From positions 192,001 to 256,000 of the forward strand of contig CAWKNZ010000003.1 of assembly GCA_963851265.1 (NCBI GenBank): a DNA stretch of 64,000 nt. Direction: 5' to 3'. Both the position numbers and the translations under genes were made by a program. The DNA is from an uncultured Gemmatimonadales bacterium. GTDB lineage: Bacteria > Gemmatimonadota > Gemmatimonadetes > Gemmatimonadales > Gemmatimonadaceae. The notes beneath the pieces are model-generated. The model searched no databases, had not been told where the DNA came from, and saw only the letters and a list, made by a program, of their open reading frames with translations. Shown in pieces: positions 1 to 10,014 of this stretch; within the stretch, counting starts at the first letter, position 1, and each line of letters starts with the position of its first letter.

Positions 1-1
1 C

Positions 2-1177
2 CTGCCGTGGACCATCCGCGAGCACAACGCGCGGCCGATGGACGTCGTCGCCTACGACCTGCGCTCGCGCACGCCCGGAGCGACCGACCTCGCGCGGCTT
101 CGGGCCGGGCACCTCGGCGCGCAGTTCTGGAGCGTCTACATCCCGGGCGAGCCCGACGACCCCGCGTACGCGCCCAACGGCAAGGTGACCGGCACGCCGG
201 GGTACGCGCGCGTGCAGCTGGAGCAGATCGACGTCGCGCGGCGCGTGATCGCGCGCTACCCGGACCGCCTCGCGCCGGCGTTGCGCGCGGCCGACGTCGC
301 GCCCGCGATGGCGGCCGGCAAGGTCGCGTCGTTTCTCGGGATGGAGGGCGGGCACGCGATCGAGAACTCGTTGGGCGCGCTCCGGGCGTACTACGACCTC
401 GGCGTGCGCTACATGACGCTCACCCACAACGTCACGCTCGACTGGGCCGACGCGGCGCTCGACGTGCCCAAGCACGGCGGGCTCACGCCGTTCGGCGAAG
501 CGGTGGTGCGCGAAATGAACCGGCTCGGCATGCTCGTCGACCTGTCGCACGTGAGCGACGGGACGATGAGCGCGGCGCTCCGCGTGAGCGAGGCGCCGGT
601 GATCTTCTCGCACTCGTCGGCGCGGGCGCTCTGCGACCACCGGCGCAACGTGCCGGACTCGATCCTCGCGAAGCTGCCGCGCAACGGCGGCGTGGTGATG
701 GTCAGCTTCGTGGGGGCGTTCACGTCGCAGGCGGTGAAGAATCATGACGACGCGCGGGCGGCCGAACGCGCGCGGCTGCGCGCGCGCTCGGGCGCGACCG
801 ACGCGTCGGTGCGCGCCGGGGTGGCCGCGTGGGCGGCGGCGCACCCGACGCCGCGCGCGACGGTGGCCCAGGTGGCCGATCACGTGGACCACGTGCGGCG
901 CGTGGCCGGGGTGGACCACGTAGGGATCGGGAGCGACTTCGACGGCACCACGGACGTCCCGGCGGGCCTCGAGGACGTGTCGAAGTTCCCGACGCTGTTC
1001 ACCGAACTCGCGCGCCGCGGGTGGACGGAGGACGACCTCGCGAAGCTGGCCGGCGGGAACGTGCTGCGTGCGTTAGGCGAGGCGGAGCGCGTCGCGGCGC
1101 GGCTGCAGCGCGAGCGGCCGGCCGGCACCGCGACGATCGAGGCGCTCGACGGCCCGCGCGGCGCCGGCACGCGGTAG
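2..1177 (+). CDS. Membrane dipeptidase (peptidase M19), 5'-partial
   Basis: Frame open from window start (LPWTIREH...); motifs AQFWSVY, GMEGGH, YMTLTH, MLVDLSH, FSHSS, HVGIGSDFDG. Confidence 0.93.
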   Translation: MPWTIREHNARPMDVVAYDLRSRTPGATDLARLRAGHLGAQFWSVYIPGEPDDPAYAPNGKVTGTPGYARVQLEQIDVARRVIARYPDRLAPALRAADVAPAMAAGKVASFLGMEGGHAIENSLGALRAYYDLGVRYMTLTHNVTLDWADAALDVPKHGGLTPFGEAVVREMNRLGMLVDLSHVSDGTMSAALRVSEAPVIFSHSSARALCDHRRNVPDSILAKLPRNGGVVMVSFVGAFTSQAVKNHDDARAAERARLRARSGATDASVRAGVAAWAAAHPTPRATVAQVADHVDHVRRVAGVDHVGIGSDFDGTTDVPAGLEDVSKFPTLFTELARRGWTEDDLAKLAGGNVLRALGEAERVAARLQRERPAGTATIEALDGPRGAGTR

Positions 1178-1370
1178 CCGGGGGCGTTCGTGGCGGGCGC
1201 TCGCCGCGGCGATTCGCGGCACGCGCGAACGGGGCGCCGCGCGGACGCCCGAACGGGTCGACGCGGTTCGGCGCGGTTCGGGTAGATCGGCGACGTGCGC
1301 CCGCTCCGCCCTGCGTGAAGTTCTGCTGCATGCAAGCACCACCAGCGGTGTTGCGCCCCGCACATGGATT

Positions 1371-1399
1371 TTCGACGCACGCGACGCGTTCGACATAAT
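1371..1399 (+). promoter_or_regulatory. sigma70-like promoter for aldo/keto reductase operon
   Basis: TTCGAC-N17-CATAAT about 40 nt upstream of ATG 1439. Confidence 0.45.
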
Positions 1400-1438
1400 C
1401 GCGCGACCGCGGCGTGAGGGTTGCGCGCTACGCGCGTC

Positions 1439-2323
1439 ATGACGATCACCTCGGCCGCCGCGGGCGGCACCTTCCCGATCGGCGGCGACCTGCCGGTCCA
1501 CCGCCTCGGCTTCGGCGCGATGCGCATTACTGGCCGCGGCATCTGGGGCCCACCGCAGGACCGCGACGAAGCGGTCCGCGTGCTGCGCCGCGCGGTCGAC
1601 CTCGGCGTCACCTTCATCGACACGGCGGACTCGTACGGCCCGAACGTGAGCGAGGAGTTGATCGCGGAGGCGCTCCACCCCTACCCCGACGGGCTCGTGA
1701 TCGCGACCAAGGGCGGACTGACGCGCCCCGGGCCCGACCAGTGGGTGCCCAACGGTCGCCCCGAGTACCTGCGGGCGCAGTGCGAGGGATCGCTGCGGCG
1801 GCTCAAGCTCGAGCGCATCGATCTGTGGCAGCTGCACCGTATCGACCCGCAGGTGCCGGCCGACGAGCAGTTCGGGCTGCTGACCGAGCTGGTGCGCGAG
1901 GGCAAGGTGCGGCACGTGGGGCTGAGCGAGGTGTCGGTCGACGAGGTGGAAGCGGCGCGGCGCGTGGTGCCGATCGTGTCGGTCCAGAACCGATACAACC
2001 TCGCCGAGCGCACGGCGGAGCCGCTCCTGGAGTACTGCGAGCGCGAGGAGATCGGGTTCATTCCGTGGTTCCCGCTCGTCGCGGGAAAGCTGGCCGAGCC
2101 GGGGGGCGCGCTGGCGCAGGCGGCCGTGCGGCACGGCGCGACGCCGGGGCAGGTGGCACTCGCGTGGCTGCTCGCGCGTTCGCGTGTGATGCTCCCCATT
2201 CCCGGCACCTCGCGCGTGACGCACCTGGAAGAGAACGTGGCCGCCGCCGGCTTGCAGCTGACGGCCGACGAGGTCGCGCGCATCGGCGGCGAGGCGGCCG
2301 AGGGCGGCCCGGTGGCCGCGTGA
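1439..2323 (+). CDS. Aldo/keto reductase
   Basis: [56 protein letters not shown]. Confidence 0.95.
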   Translation: MTITSAAAGGTFPIGGDLPVHRLGFGAMRITGRGIWGPPQDRDEAVRVLRRAVDLGVTFIDTADSYGPNVSEELIAEALHPYPDGLVIATKGGLTRPGPDQWVPNGRPEYLRAQCEGSLRRLKLERIDLWQLHRIDPQVPADEQFGLLTELVREGKVRHVGLSEVSVDEVEAARRVVPIVSVQNRYNLAERTAEPLLEYCEREEIGFIPWFPLVAGKLAEPGGALAQAAVRHGATPGQVALAWLLARSRVMLPIPGTSRVTHLEENVAAAGLQLTADEVARIGGEAAEGGPVAA

Positions 2324-2802
2324 GCCGCGGCGGCGCGCGCGTCTGGGGGAACGACCACCCCGCCGCGCGACTCACCGATAAGAAGGTGATCCGCTACCGG
2401 AACCTCGTCCGGAGCGGCAAGGCCACGGTGGGGGAGATCGCGGCGAAGGAGGGGTGCTCGCACGGGCGGATCTCGATGGCCGTGCGCGGCGAGACCTGGC
2501 AGCACCTGAACGACCTCGCGCCGCCCGTGCCCACGACGCCACGGCGCACCGCCGCAGAGGTCGCGCAGGCCGCGGCGAAGAAGGCGACCGCACGGCCGGC
2601 GGCGAAGCGGCCCGCCGCCAAGCGAGCGGCGACCAAGCGAACGGCGACCGAGCGGGCGGCGGCCAAGAAGGTGACCGCCAAGCGGGCGGCGCTCAAGACG
2701 GCGGCGACCCGGACCGCCCCGGCCAAGCGCGCGCCGGTCAGGACGACGGCCGCGAAGACGGGGGCGAAGGCGGCCGCCAAGCGCGCGACGGGACGTCGTT
2801 AG
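2320..2802 (+). CDS. Small basic protein: HNH-endonuclease-type HTH domain plus histone H1-like K/A/R/T tail
   Basis: GTG overlaps the AKR stop (GTGA); N-terminal [14 protein letters not shown]...[25 protein letters not shown]-terminal AAKK/AAKR repeats; 160 aa. Confidence 0.75.
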   Translation: MSRGGARVWGNDHPAARLTDKKVIRYRNLVRSGKATVGEIAAKEGCSHGRISMAVRGETWQHLNDLAPPVPTTPRRTAAEVAQAAAKKATARPAAKRPAAKRAATKRTATERAAAKKVTAKRAALKTAATRTAPAKRAPVRTTAAKTGAKAAAKRATGRR

Positions 2803-3167
2803 GCGAGCTGCTCCTCGACGCTCCGCGTCCGCGCGTCCACGACGTCGCCGGTGTGGCGTGTGGCCGCGGGCTCGAACAGGAGCAGCCAGCACTCCTCGTC
2901 GGCCACGGGGTTGTGCCGGACGCCGCGCGGCACGACGCAGCACTCGCCGGGCCCGAGCGTCACCGTCCCGCCCTCGAACTGGATGGCGAGCGAGCCGCGC
3001 ACGACGAGAAACATCTCGTCCTCGCCCGCGTGGTCGTGCCAGACGAACTCGCCCTTGAGTTTGGCGGCCTTCACGTACTGCCCGTTCAACTCGGCGATCA
3101 CCTTGGGCGACCAGTGCTCGGTGACGCGGTCGAACGCGCGCTCGATGTTGATGGCGGCGGGGAGCAT
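2799..3167 (-). CDS. Cupin domain protein
   Basis: WSPKVIAELNGQYVK...GEFVWHDH...EDEMF...VVPRGVRHNP. Confidence 0.92.
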   Translation of the reverse strand: MLPAAINIERAFDRVTEHWSPKVIAELNGQYVKAAKLKGEFVWHDHAGEDEMFLVVRGSLAIQFEGGTVTLGPGECCVVPRGVRHNPVADEECWLLLFEPAATRHTGDVVDARTRSVEEQLA

Positions 3168-3184
3168 GACGGCGGGGCGCTGGG

Positions 3185-3715
3185 TTAGCGGGCGAGCCGC
3201 GCGAGGAGCCGCGTGGCGACGTGTTGAATCAACACGAGCGAGGCGGTGATGCCGAGGGCGAGGGCGAACAGGACCACTGCACGGGTCTGGCCGGCGCCGA
3301 GGGCGAACGAGAGCGCGGTGCTCGCGGCCGGCGGGTGCACGGCGTCGGCCGCGATCATCACGCCGATGGTCACGACCATCGCGCAGGCCGCGGCCGCGTA
3401 GCCGGGGCCGAGCGCGGCGACGAGCGCCCAGCCGCAGACCGCGGCCGCGCCCTGCGCGATGAACAGCGTGCGCACCGAGTTGGCCGGGTGGGTCGGGTCG
3501 AGGTAGATGAGGAAGGCGCTCGATGCGAGCGACGCGAAAAGCAGCCGCTGCCGCGCGAGCACCTCGACGAAGGCGAGCACGAGGAGCACGGTCGCGGTGG
3601 GGAGCGCGGCGAGCGCGAGTTCGCCGCCGATCCCGAGCCGGCGCCGCGCCTCGTGCGGAGCGTCGCCGACCGGGGAAGCCGTGGTCGCGTTAGGCGCAGG
3701 CCGCCGGTCAGCCAC
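3185..3715 (-). CDS. HPP family membrane protein
   Basis: ASLASSAFLIY..P.HP and VHPPA motifs, multiple TM helices. Confidence 0.88.
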   Translation of the reverse strand: MADRRPAPNATTASPVGDAPHEARRRLGIGGELALAALPTATVLLVLAFVEVLARQRLLFASLASSAFLIYLDPTHPANSVRTLFIAQGAAAVCGWALVAALGPGYAAAACAMVVTIGVMIAADAVHPPAASTALSFALGAGQTRAVVLFALALGITASLVLIQHVATRLLARLAR

Positions 3716-4157
3716 GGGACTCGGCCGGGCGGGCGCCGGTGGCGCGGCGCGCGGCGGCCTCGGGCGCCTCGCCGGTCGCGGTGAGGCGCGAGGCCTCCTC
3801 GCGCATCTCGCGGCCGAGGAAGTAGTTGAGGCCGGTGCGGATGACCGCGATCGCGGCGAGGTTGCGGATCGTGTTCCAGCTGGGCGCGACGGCGGTCGAG
3901 AGCAGGTCGGCGCCTAACTGGAATTCGAGCGCGACGGCCAGGAAGCGCGAGAGGCGGAGCCGGACGTCGTTGTACCCGTCGGGCTCGCGCGCGAACGACG
4001 CCCGCAGGAACTGCACGACGCCGACGACCACGCCGGCCGCGATCACGAGCGCGCCGACGGTCTCGACGCCGAGGCGGAGCCAGCTGAAGACGACGCGGGT
4101 GGTGTATTCGGCCGCCCGGAAGTGTGCGTCGTCGACGACGTCCGATTGGAGGAGCAT
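3708..4157 (-). CDS. DUF1622 family membrane protein
   Basis: RLRLSRFLAVALEFQLGADLLSTAVAPSW...IAVIRTGLNYFL.RE; ATG at 4157. Confidence 0.88.
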   Translation of the reverse strand: MLLQSDVVDDAHFRAAEYTTRVVFSWLRLGVETVGALVIAAGVVVGVVQFLRASFAREPDGYNDVRLRLSRFLAVALEFQLGADLLSTAVAPSWNTIRNLAAIAVIRTGLNYFLGREMREEASRLTATGEAPEAAARRATGARPAESRG

Positions 4158-4226
4158 GCGCGAACACCGAGCAAACCGGGGGCCGGGCGGTGGGCGGCGT
4201 GTCCGGCGCGCGAATAATGTTCCGCC

Positions 4227-7200
4227 ATGCGCCACCTCCGTTCCCTCGCCGTCCTGCTCGGCACCCTGATTTGCGTGGCCGCGACCGTCGGCCTGTTCGC
4301 CCGCGCGTACCCGATGGTCGACGTGGGCCTCACGCTCGACCGCGCGGGGGCGATCGCACGCGCCCGCGCGCTCGCCGCGCGCGCCGGGTTCGCGCCGACG
4401 CGCGCCGAGGCGGCGGCGCTGTTCGAGAGCGACGATTCGCTCAGCACGTACGTCGACTTCGCCGCGGGCGGCGCCGACTCGGTGCGCGCGCTCGCGCACG
4501 GGCGCGACCTGCCGCTCTACCGGTGGGTGGTGCGCCTGTATCGGCCGGGCGACGTGCACGAGACGCGGGTGGCGTTCGCGCCCGACGGGCGGGTGGTCGG
4601 ACTCGCGCGGCGCATTCCCGAGGCCGAGACGCGGCCGCTCGTCACCGACACGGCGGGTCGCCTGGCGGCCGACCTCGCCCTCGCGCGCTGGGGATCGCAG
4701 GACGTCGCGCGGTGGCGCCTCACCGGGCGCTCGGTGGTGACGCAGCCGCGGAGCGGGCGGGTCGACCGCACGTACCGCTACGAGCGCGTGGGCGCGCGTG
4801 TGGGCGACGCGCCGCTCCGGGCGGACGTGACCGTGACCGGGCCGGCGGGGTTCGACGTGCTGCGCGGCGGGGCGCGCGCGTTCGCGGGCGGCGGGCTCGC
4901 CGCGCCGCAACCCGACGGCCAGCTCGACGCCGCCGCGGGCGCGACGCCGTTCGTCGGCCGGTTCGGCGCAGAACCGCTCACCGTGCACGTGTACGCCGAC
5001 CTGCCCGACGCGTGGACCCGCCGGTACGGCGAGATGCGCGCGTCCAACGACACCTTCGCCCTGCTCGCGTACCCCGGGCTGACGGTGTTCGTGCTCGGCG
5101 CGCTCGCGGCGCTCGTCACGGCCGCGCGCGCCGGGCGCGTGCGCTGGCGCCCGGCGGCGATGGTCGGCGGGACGGTCGGCCTGTTGATGGCGGCCGCGGG
5201 TGTCAACGCGCTGCCGGTGGCGTGGTTCGGGTACGACACCGCGACCGCGCCGGGCACGTTCGTCGGCGGGATCGCGCTCGCGGCGGTCGCCGGCGGGGCG
5301 GCCGCGGGGGCGTGGGTGATGCTCGCCGTGGCGGCGGCGGAGGTGTGCGCGCGCCGTGCGTTCCCCGACCACTACGACTGGTTCTCGTACCTGCGCTTCG
5401 CGGGTGCGCCGCCGATCGCGCGGCGCATCCTGGCGGGGTACGCGCTCGCGGCGTTCGGGTTCGCGTACGTGACCGTGTTCTACGTGACCATGCGCGGCAC
5501 GTTCGGCTGGTGGGTGCCGGCGGGCACGCTCGACGACCCCAACCAGATCGCCACGCCGGCGCCGTGGGTGAGCGCGGCGGGCACCTCGTTGTTCGCGGGC
5601 ACCTGGGAGGAGGCGATCTTCCGCGGCGTGCCGCTCGCCCTGCTCGCGTACTGGGGGCGCGATCGCGGCTCGCGCCGGCTGTGGCTCGCCGCGGGCGTGG
5701 TGGTCACGGCGCTCACCTTCGGGTTCGGGCACGCCAACTACCCGTCGTGGCCCGCGTACTCGCGCGGTGTGGAGCTGTTTCTCGAAGCCGTGCTGTGGGC
5801 GGTGCTCGCGCTGCGGGTCGGGCTTCCGACGACGATCGTCGCGCACACGCTGTACGACCTCACGTGGTTTGGGCTGTTCGCCCTGCACGGGCGCGGCGCG
5901 GCATACCGGGCGACGGCCGGCGCGGTGCTGATCGCGTTCGCCCTGCCGGCGCTCGTCGTCGCGGTGAACTGGTGGCAGCGACGTGGCGCGGTGGCGGCGG
6001 GGATCATGCCGGCCGCGCCGCCGCGGTTCGCGGACGTGACGCGGGCGTTCGACGAGCAGGACGCGGCCGAGGCGACCGGCGTGGCGGAGCGAGGGAGCGG
6101 CGCGCCTGCGCAGGTGGCGCACATCGCGCCCGTGTCCGTGACGCCGGCGGCCTCGCGCGCGGCGATGTCGGGGGGGTCGGTGGCGACGACCGCCGTGGTC
6201 GGCCCGCGCACGCGCGTGGCCGCGGTGGTGGTCACGGCGCTCGCCCTCGTCGTCGCGCTCCTCGCCCCGCGCGCGAGGCCACTCGGCCCCGACTTCACCG
6301 CCTCGCGCGAGCGCGTGGCAGCAGCGGCAGACAGCGTACTCCGCACGCGCGGCGTCGACCCGGCGAACTGGGACCGCGCCGCGGCCGTGGGCGGCAGCGA
6401 GAACACCCGCGTGCTGCGTTTTCTCCGCGAATCGCTCGGCCGCACGCGCGCGGCCGCGGTCTTCGAGAGGTTGGGCGCGACGTACCTGGCGCCGGCGTTG
6501 TGGCAGGTGCGCTACGTCCACCGCCACGCCGGCCGCGACGCACGGCGCGAGACCTGGACGGTCGCGGTCGCGCCGGACGGCCGCGCACGCGCGGTGGTCC
6601 ACGACATCGCGGACGACGCCCCGGGCGCTACGCCGAGCGCGGATTCGGCGCGCGTGCTGGCCGCGGCGGCGGTGCGGACGCGCGGGTATGATCCGGCGAC
6701 GCTGCGCGAGGCGGAGTTCAGCCAGACCACGCGCCCGCACCGCCTCGACACCAACATCGACTACGTCGATCCGGCGGTCGTCCTTCCCGCGGGAGCGACG
6801 GCGCGGGTGGGGGTCACGCTCGCCGGGACGGAAGCCGTGAGCGTCGGGCGGGACCTGCGGCTGCCCGAGGCATGGATGCTTGCCGACCGGAAACGCGAGA
6901 CGTCGCAGACGCTCGTCGCCGGCGTCGCCTCGCTCGCCCTGGTGGCGCTGTTCCTCGGCCTGACGGTGCGGGCGATGCGCAGCGCGGCGCCGATGCTGCC
7001 CTCGCTCGTCGACCGCCGCGCGGGGGTGGCGATCGCGGTCGCCGTCGCGCTGCTCACGCTCGGCCGCACCGTGCTGACGCTCCCCGAGCGGTTTGCTGGG
7101 TGGGACACGGCGGTCCCGTGGAGCAACTTTCTCGCGATGCTCGCGATCGGCGCGCTGCTCGGCGCGGTGCTCGCCGGTGCGGCGAGCGGCGGCGCGTGGG

Positions 7201-7910
7201 CGCTCACCGACGCGCTCCGCCGGCGCGTGGGCGTCCCGGTGCTGCCTGCGTCGGGCGACGTGCGCGGCGCCGCCCTGCCGCCCGACGACGCCACGCGCCG
7301 CGTCCGGGACGGCGTGTTACTCGGCGCCGCGCTCGGCACGGCGCTCCCGGCCCTCGCGGGGCTCGGCGAATTCGTGCGGAGCGCGACGGGAACGCCGGCC
7401 GTGCCGACCACGTCGCTCGAGACGCTGCTGCCGTGGGCGGCCCCGGCGTTCGGGGCCGCGGCGTCGGCGGTGACCGCGCCGCTCGCGGCCATCCCCGCCC
7501 TCGCGATCGCGGGCGGCGCGCGCACGCCGCGCGAGCGCCTGCTCGCGCTCGTCGGCGTCGCGGTGTTGATGGCCGCGATCGCCCAGGCCGCCGCCGACGC
7601 GACCATCAGCGGGACCGCACTCGCCTTCGGTGCCGCGGCGAGCGTGGCGCTGGTAGCGGCGGTGGTGTGGGTGTTCGGGCGCGCGGCGGCTCTGCCCTGG
7701 ATCGTTGCGGGACCGGCGGCGGGCGCGGTCGCGGAGCTTCGCGCCGCCCGTGCGGGCGCCAACGCGACCGACCAGGTCGCGGCGCTGCTGGCCGCGGCGG
7801 TGTCCGGCGTGCTGATCGTGCTCGTCTACCGCGCCGCGCTGCGCTTCGCGCGCCGCGACGCGGGTGCGGCGGCAACGGACATCACACGCCGCGCCGATGC
7901 TGCCGCGTAG
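4227..7910 (+). CDS. Large CPBP (Abi/CAAX, type II) intramembrane metalloprotease with duplicated extracytoplasmic+TM module
   Basis: WEEAIFRG, FGFGH, AHTLYD motifs; many TM segments; internal repeat. Confidence 0.8.
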   Translation: MRHLRSLAVLLGTLICVAATVGLFARAYPMVDVGLTLDRAGAIARARALAARAGFAPTRAEAAALFESDDSLSTYVDFAAGGADSVRALAHGRDLPLYRWVVRLYRPGDVHETRVAFAPDGRVVGLARRIPEAETRPLVTDTAGRLAADLALARWGSQDVARWRLTGRSVVTQPRSGRVDRTYRYERVGARVGDAPLRADVTVTGPAGFDVLRGGARAFAGGGLAAPQPDGQLDAAAGATPFVGRFGAEPLTVHVYADLPDAWTRRYGEMRASNDTFALLAYPGLTVFVLGALAALVTAARAGRVRWRPAAMVGGTVGLLMAAAGVNALPVAWFGYDTATAPGTFVGGIALAAVAGGAAAGAWVMLAVAAAEVCARRAFPDHYDWFSYLRFAGAPPIARRILAGYALAAFGFAYVTVFYVTMRGTFGWWVPAGTLDDPNQIATPAPWVSAAGTSLFAGTWEEAIFRGVPLALLAYWGRDRGSRRLWLAAGVVVTALTFGFGHANYPSWPAYSRGVELFLEAVLWAVLALRVGLPTTIVAHTLYDLTWFGLFALHGRGAAYRATAGAVLIAFALPALVVAVNWWQRRGAVAAGIMPAAPPRFADVTRAFDEQDAAEATGVAERGSGAPAQVAHIAPVSVTPAASRAAMSGGSVATTAVVGPRTRVAAVVVTALALVVALLAPRARPLGPDFTASRERVAAAADSVLRTRGVDPANWDRAAAVGGSENTRVLRFLRESLGRTRAAAVFERLGATYLAPALWQVRYVHRHAGRDARRETWTVAVAPDGRARAVVHDIADDAPGATPSADSARVLAAAAVRTRGYDPATLREAEFSQTTRPHRLDTNIDYVDPAVVLPAGATARVGVTLAGTEAVSVGRDLRLPEAWMLADRKRETSQTLVAGVASLALVALFLGLTVRAMRSAAPMLPSLVDRRAGVAIAVAVALLTLGRTVLTLPERFAGWDTAVPWSNFLAMLAIGALLGAVLAGAASGGAWALTDALRRRVGVPVLPASGDVRGAALPPDDATRRVRDGVLLGAALGTALPALAGLGEFVRSATGTPAVPTTSLETLLPWAAPAFGAAASAVTAPLAAIPALAIAGGARTPRERLLALVGVAVLMAAIAQAAADATISGTALAFGAAASVALVAAVVWVFGRAAALPWIVAGPAAGAVAELRAARAGANATDQVAALLAAAVSGVLIVLVYRAALRFARRDAGAAATDITRRADAAA

Positions 7911-9159
7911 CCCGACGGTCCGCGTCCTCATCGCGATCACCGCGGGGGCGCTGCTCGGCATGCTCGCGCCGGCGGCGGGCGTGGCGACCAAGCCGCTCGC
8001 CGACGCGTTCGTCGCGCTCGTGAAGCTCGTCGTGGGGCCCGTGGTGTTCTGCACGATCGTGCTCGGCATCGCCGGGATGCGCGATCTGCGCACGGCCGGG
8101 CGCGTGGGCGGAAAGGCGATCCTCTACTTCGAGGTCACGACGACGTTCGCGCTCGCGTTGGGCCTGCTCGTCGTGAACGTGACGCGGCCCGGCGCGGGTC
8201 TCGACGCGTCGGCGCTGGTGAAGGGCGACGTGACCAAGTACGCCCAGGCCGCGCGCGAGGGGGGTGTGGTCGACCTGCTCGTGCACGCGGTGCCGTCGAG
8301 CGCGGTCGACGCGTTCGCGCGCGGCGACGTGATCCAGATCGTCGTCGTCGCGGTGCTCGCGGGCGTGGCGCTCGCGGGGATGGGGGAGCGCGGGCGCGGG
8401 CTCGCGGCGGGGCTGGGTCGCGTGCAGGAACTCGTCTTCCGCGTGGTCGCGATTGTGATGGCCGTCGCGCCGGTGGGCGCGTTCGCGGCGATGGCCTACA
8501 CGGTCGGGAGCTTCGGCGTGCGGACGCTGCTACCGTTAGGCCGGCTGATGCTCGACGTGTACGCGACGATGGCGCTGTTCGTGTTCGGCGTGCTCGGCCT
8601 CGTCGCGCGGCGCTGGGGGTTCCGGATCACGGCGCTGCTGCGGCACATCCGGGGCGAGATCGCGCTCGTGGTGGGCACGTCGTCGAGCGAGGCGGCGCTG
8701 CCGCGCCTGATCGCGAAGCTCGAGCAGTTCGGGTGCGCGCCGGAGGTGGTGGGGCTCGTGGTGCCGGCGGGCTACTCGTTCAACCTCGACGGGACGAGCA
8801 TCTACCTGTCGATGGCGGTGCTGTTCATCGCGCAGGTGTTCCGGATCGACCTTTCGTTCGGCCGCCAGCTCGAGGTGCTCGGCCTCTTGATGCTGACGAG
8901 CAAGGGCGCGGCCGGGGTGACGGGGAGCGGGTTCGTCGTGCTGGCGAGTACCCTCGCCGCGACGCACGCCGTGCCGGTAGAGGGGCTCGCGCTCGTGCTC
9001 GGCGTCGACCGCTTCATGAGCGAGGCGCGGGCGGTGGTGAACCTGATCGGGAACGCGGTCGCGACGGTGGTGGTCGCAAAAAGCGAGGGCGCGTTCGCCG
9101 AAGCGAACGCGCCCTCCACCGTGACGCGGCCGGCGACCGACGGTCGCGCGGCCGCGTAG
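7897..9159 (+). CDS. dctA: C4-dicarboxylate:cation symporter
   Basis: KAILYFEV, GTSSSEAALP, GYSFNLDGTSIY, SKGAAGVTGSGF, GVDRFMSEARA. Confidence 0.9.
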   Translation: MLPRSPTVRVLIAITAGALLGMLAPAAGVATKPLADAFVALVKLVVGPVVFCTIVLGIAGMRDLRTAGRVGGKAILYFEVTTTFALALGLLVVNVTRPGAGLDASALVKGDVTKYAQAAREGGVVDLLVHAVPSSAVDAFARGDVIQIVVVAVLAGVALAGMGERGRGLAAGLGRVQELVFRVVAIVMAVAPVGAFAAMAYTVGSFGVRTLLPLGRLMLDVYATMALFVFGVLGLVARRWGFRITALLRHIRGEIALVVGTSSSEAALPRLIAKLEQFGCAPEVVGLVVPAGYSFNLDGTSIYLSMAVLFIAQVFRIDLSFGRQLEVLGLLMLTSKGAAGVTGSGFVVLASTLAATHAVPVEGLALVLGVDRFMSEARAVVNLIGNAVATVVVAKSEGAFAEANAPSTVTRPATDGRAAA

Positions 9160-9173
9160 CCGTCGGCGAGTTC

Positions 9174-9752
9174 TTAGTGGAACGTGAAGAACGAGAACCC
9201 GGCGAGGATTCCGAGGCGCGCGGCCTTGTTGTTGAAGTCGTAGCCGAGGTTCGCCTCGCCGCGGAGGGCGATGTTGGGGCGGAACGGAAGCTTGAGTCCG
9301 AGACCGCCGCCGGCGGTGACGGCGTGGTCGCTGTTGCCGCCGCCGCTGAGGCCCGTGTAGTTGACGAACGGACGGACGTAGGCGACGGTCGCGCGGGTCG
9401 CGTTGGTCACGTCCTGCGGGGCGCGGAAGTGGTACAGGGCGCCGAGTTCGAGGTTGTAGTTGGTCACGCCCGACTGGCCGGTGACCTTGCCGTACGTGAG
9501 CCCGACGGCCGGCTCGATCTCGATCCGCGAGTTGTTGGGCAGGAAGAAGCCGGCGCGCACGCGCGAGCCCGGGATCTGGATGGTCGTGTACGAGTTATGG
9601 CCGAGACCGAACGTCGCGCCCGCGTCGGCGCCGAGTTCGAGCGTCGCAGGGTTGTTCACGATCGCCGCATTCTGCGCACGGGCGGCAGCGGGGACCACGA
9701 AAGCCGCCGCGACAGCGGCCGGCACGATGCGAAGCAGGAGCGAAGAGCGCAT
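9174..9752 (-). CDS. Outer membrane beta-barrel protein (OmpA/OmpW-like, 8-strand)
   Basis: Signal peptide (AARA|Q), amphipathic strands, PFV...GGGLGLK, aromatic C-terminus. Confidence 0.75.
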   Translation of the reverse strand: MRSSLLLRIVPAAVAAAFVVPAAARAQNAAIVNNPATLELGADAGATFGLGHNSYTTIQIPGSRVRAGFFLPNNSRIEIEPAVGLTYGKVTGQSGVTNYNLELGALYHFRAPQDVTNATRATVAYVRPFVNYTGLSGGGNSDHAVTAGGGLGLKLPFRPNIALRGEANLGYDFNNKAARLGILAGFSFFTFH

Positions 9753-9835
9753 TTCTCAAAGAACGGTGAAGGGAGTTCTGACCGGTACACCGACCTCAGC
9801 TATGACTGACCCGTCAGTCGGTAGCAAACACATGT

Positions 9836-9852
9836 AGCAACGTCCGGGCCAA
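9836..9852 (-). promoter_or_regulatory. sigma54 (-24/-12) promoter candidate for the OMP gene
   Basis: Minus strand TTGGCCCGGACGTTGCT: GG-N10-GC with TTGCT, about 85 nt upstream of ATG. Confidence 0.55.
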
Positions 9853-9905
9853 ACATTGCTGCTACGTGCGGCGGCCGGCCGGAACTCGGCGTGACGCGGC
9901 CACAC

Positions 9906-9950
9906 ACGACGGCGGGGCGGGCTCCGATTGGGAGCCCGCCCCGCCGTCGT
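9906..9950 (-). terminator. Strong hairpin downstream of degP-like gene
   Basis: Perfect 20-bp inverted repeat ACGACGGCGGGGCGGGCTCC with 5-nt loop; weak U-tract. Confidence 0.6.
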
Positions 9951-10014
9951 CTCTCAGGGGTCGCGGAGGACAGACCGCGATCGGGACCGCGTCCCGTCGT
10001 GCATCACCGCCGGG

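Noticed and set aside
2320..2802. Prophage or homing endonuclease remnant
   Set aside because: No HNH catalytic motif and no other phage genes; the ORF is intact and coupled to a host gene.
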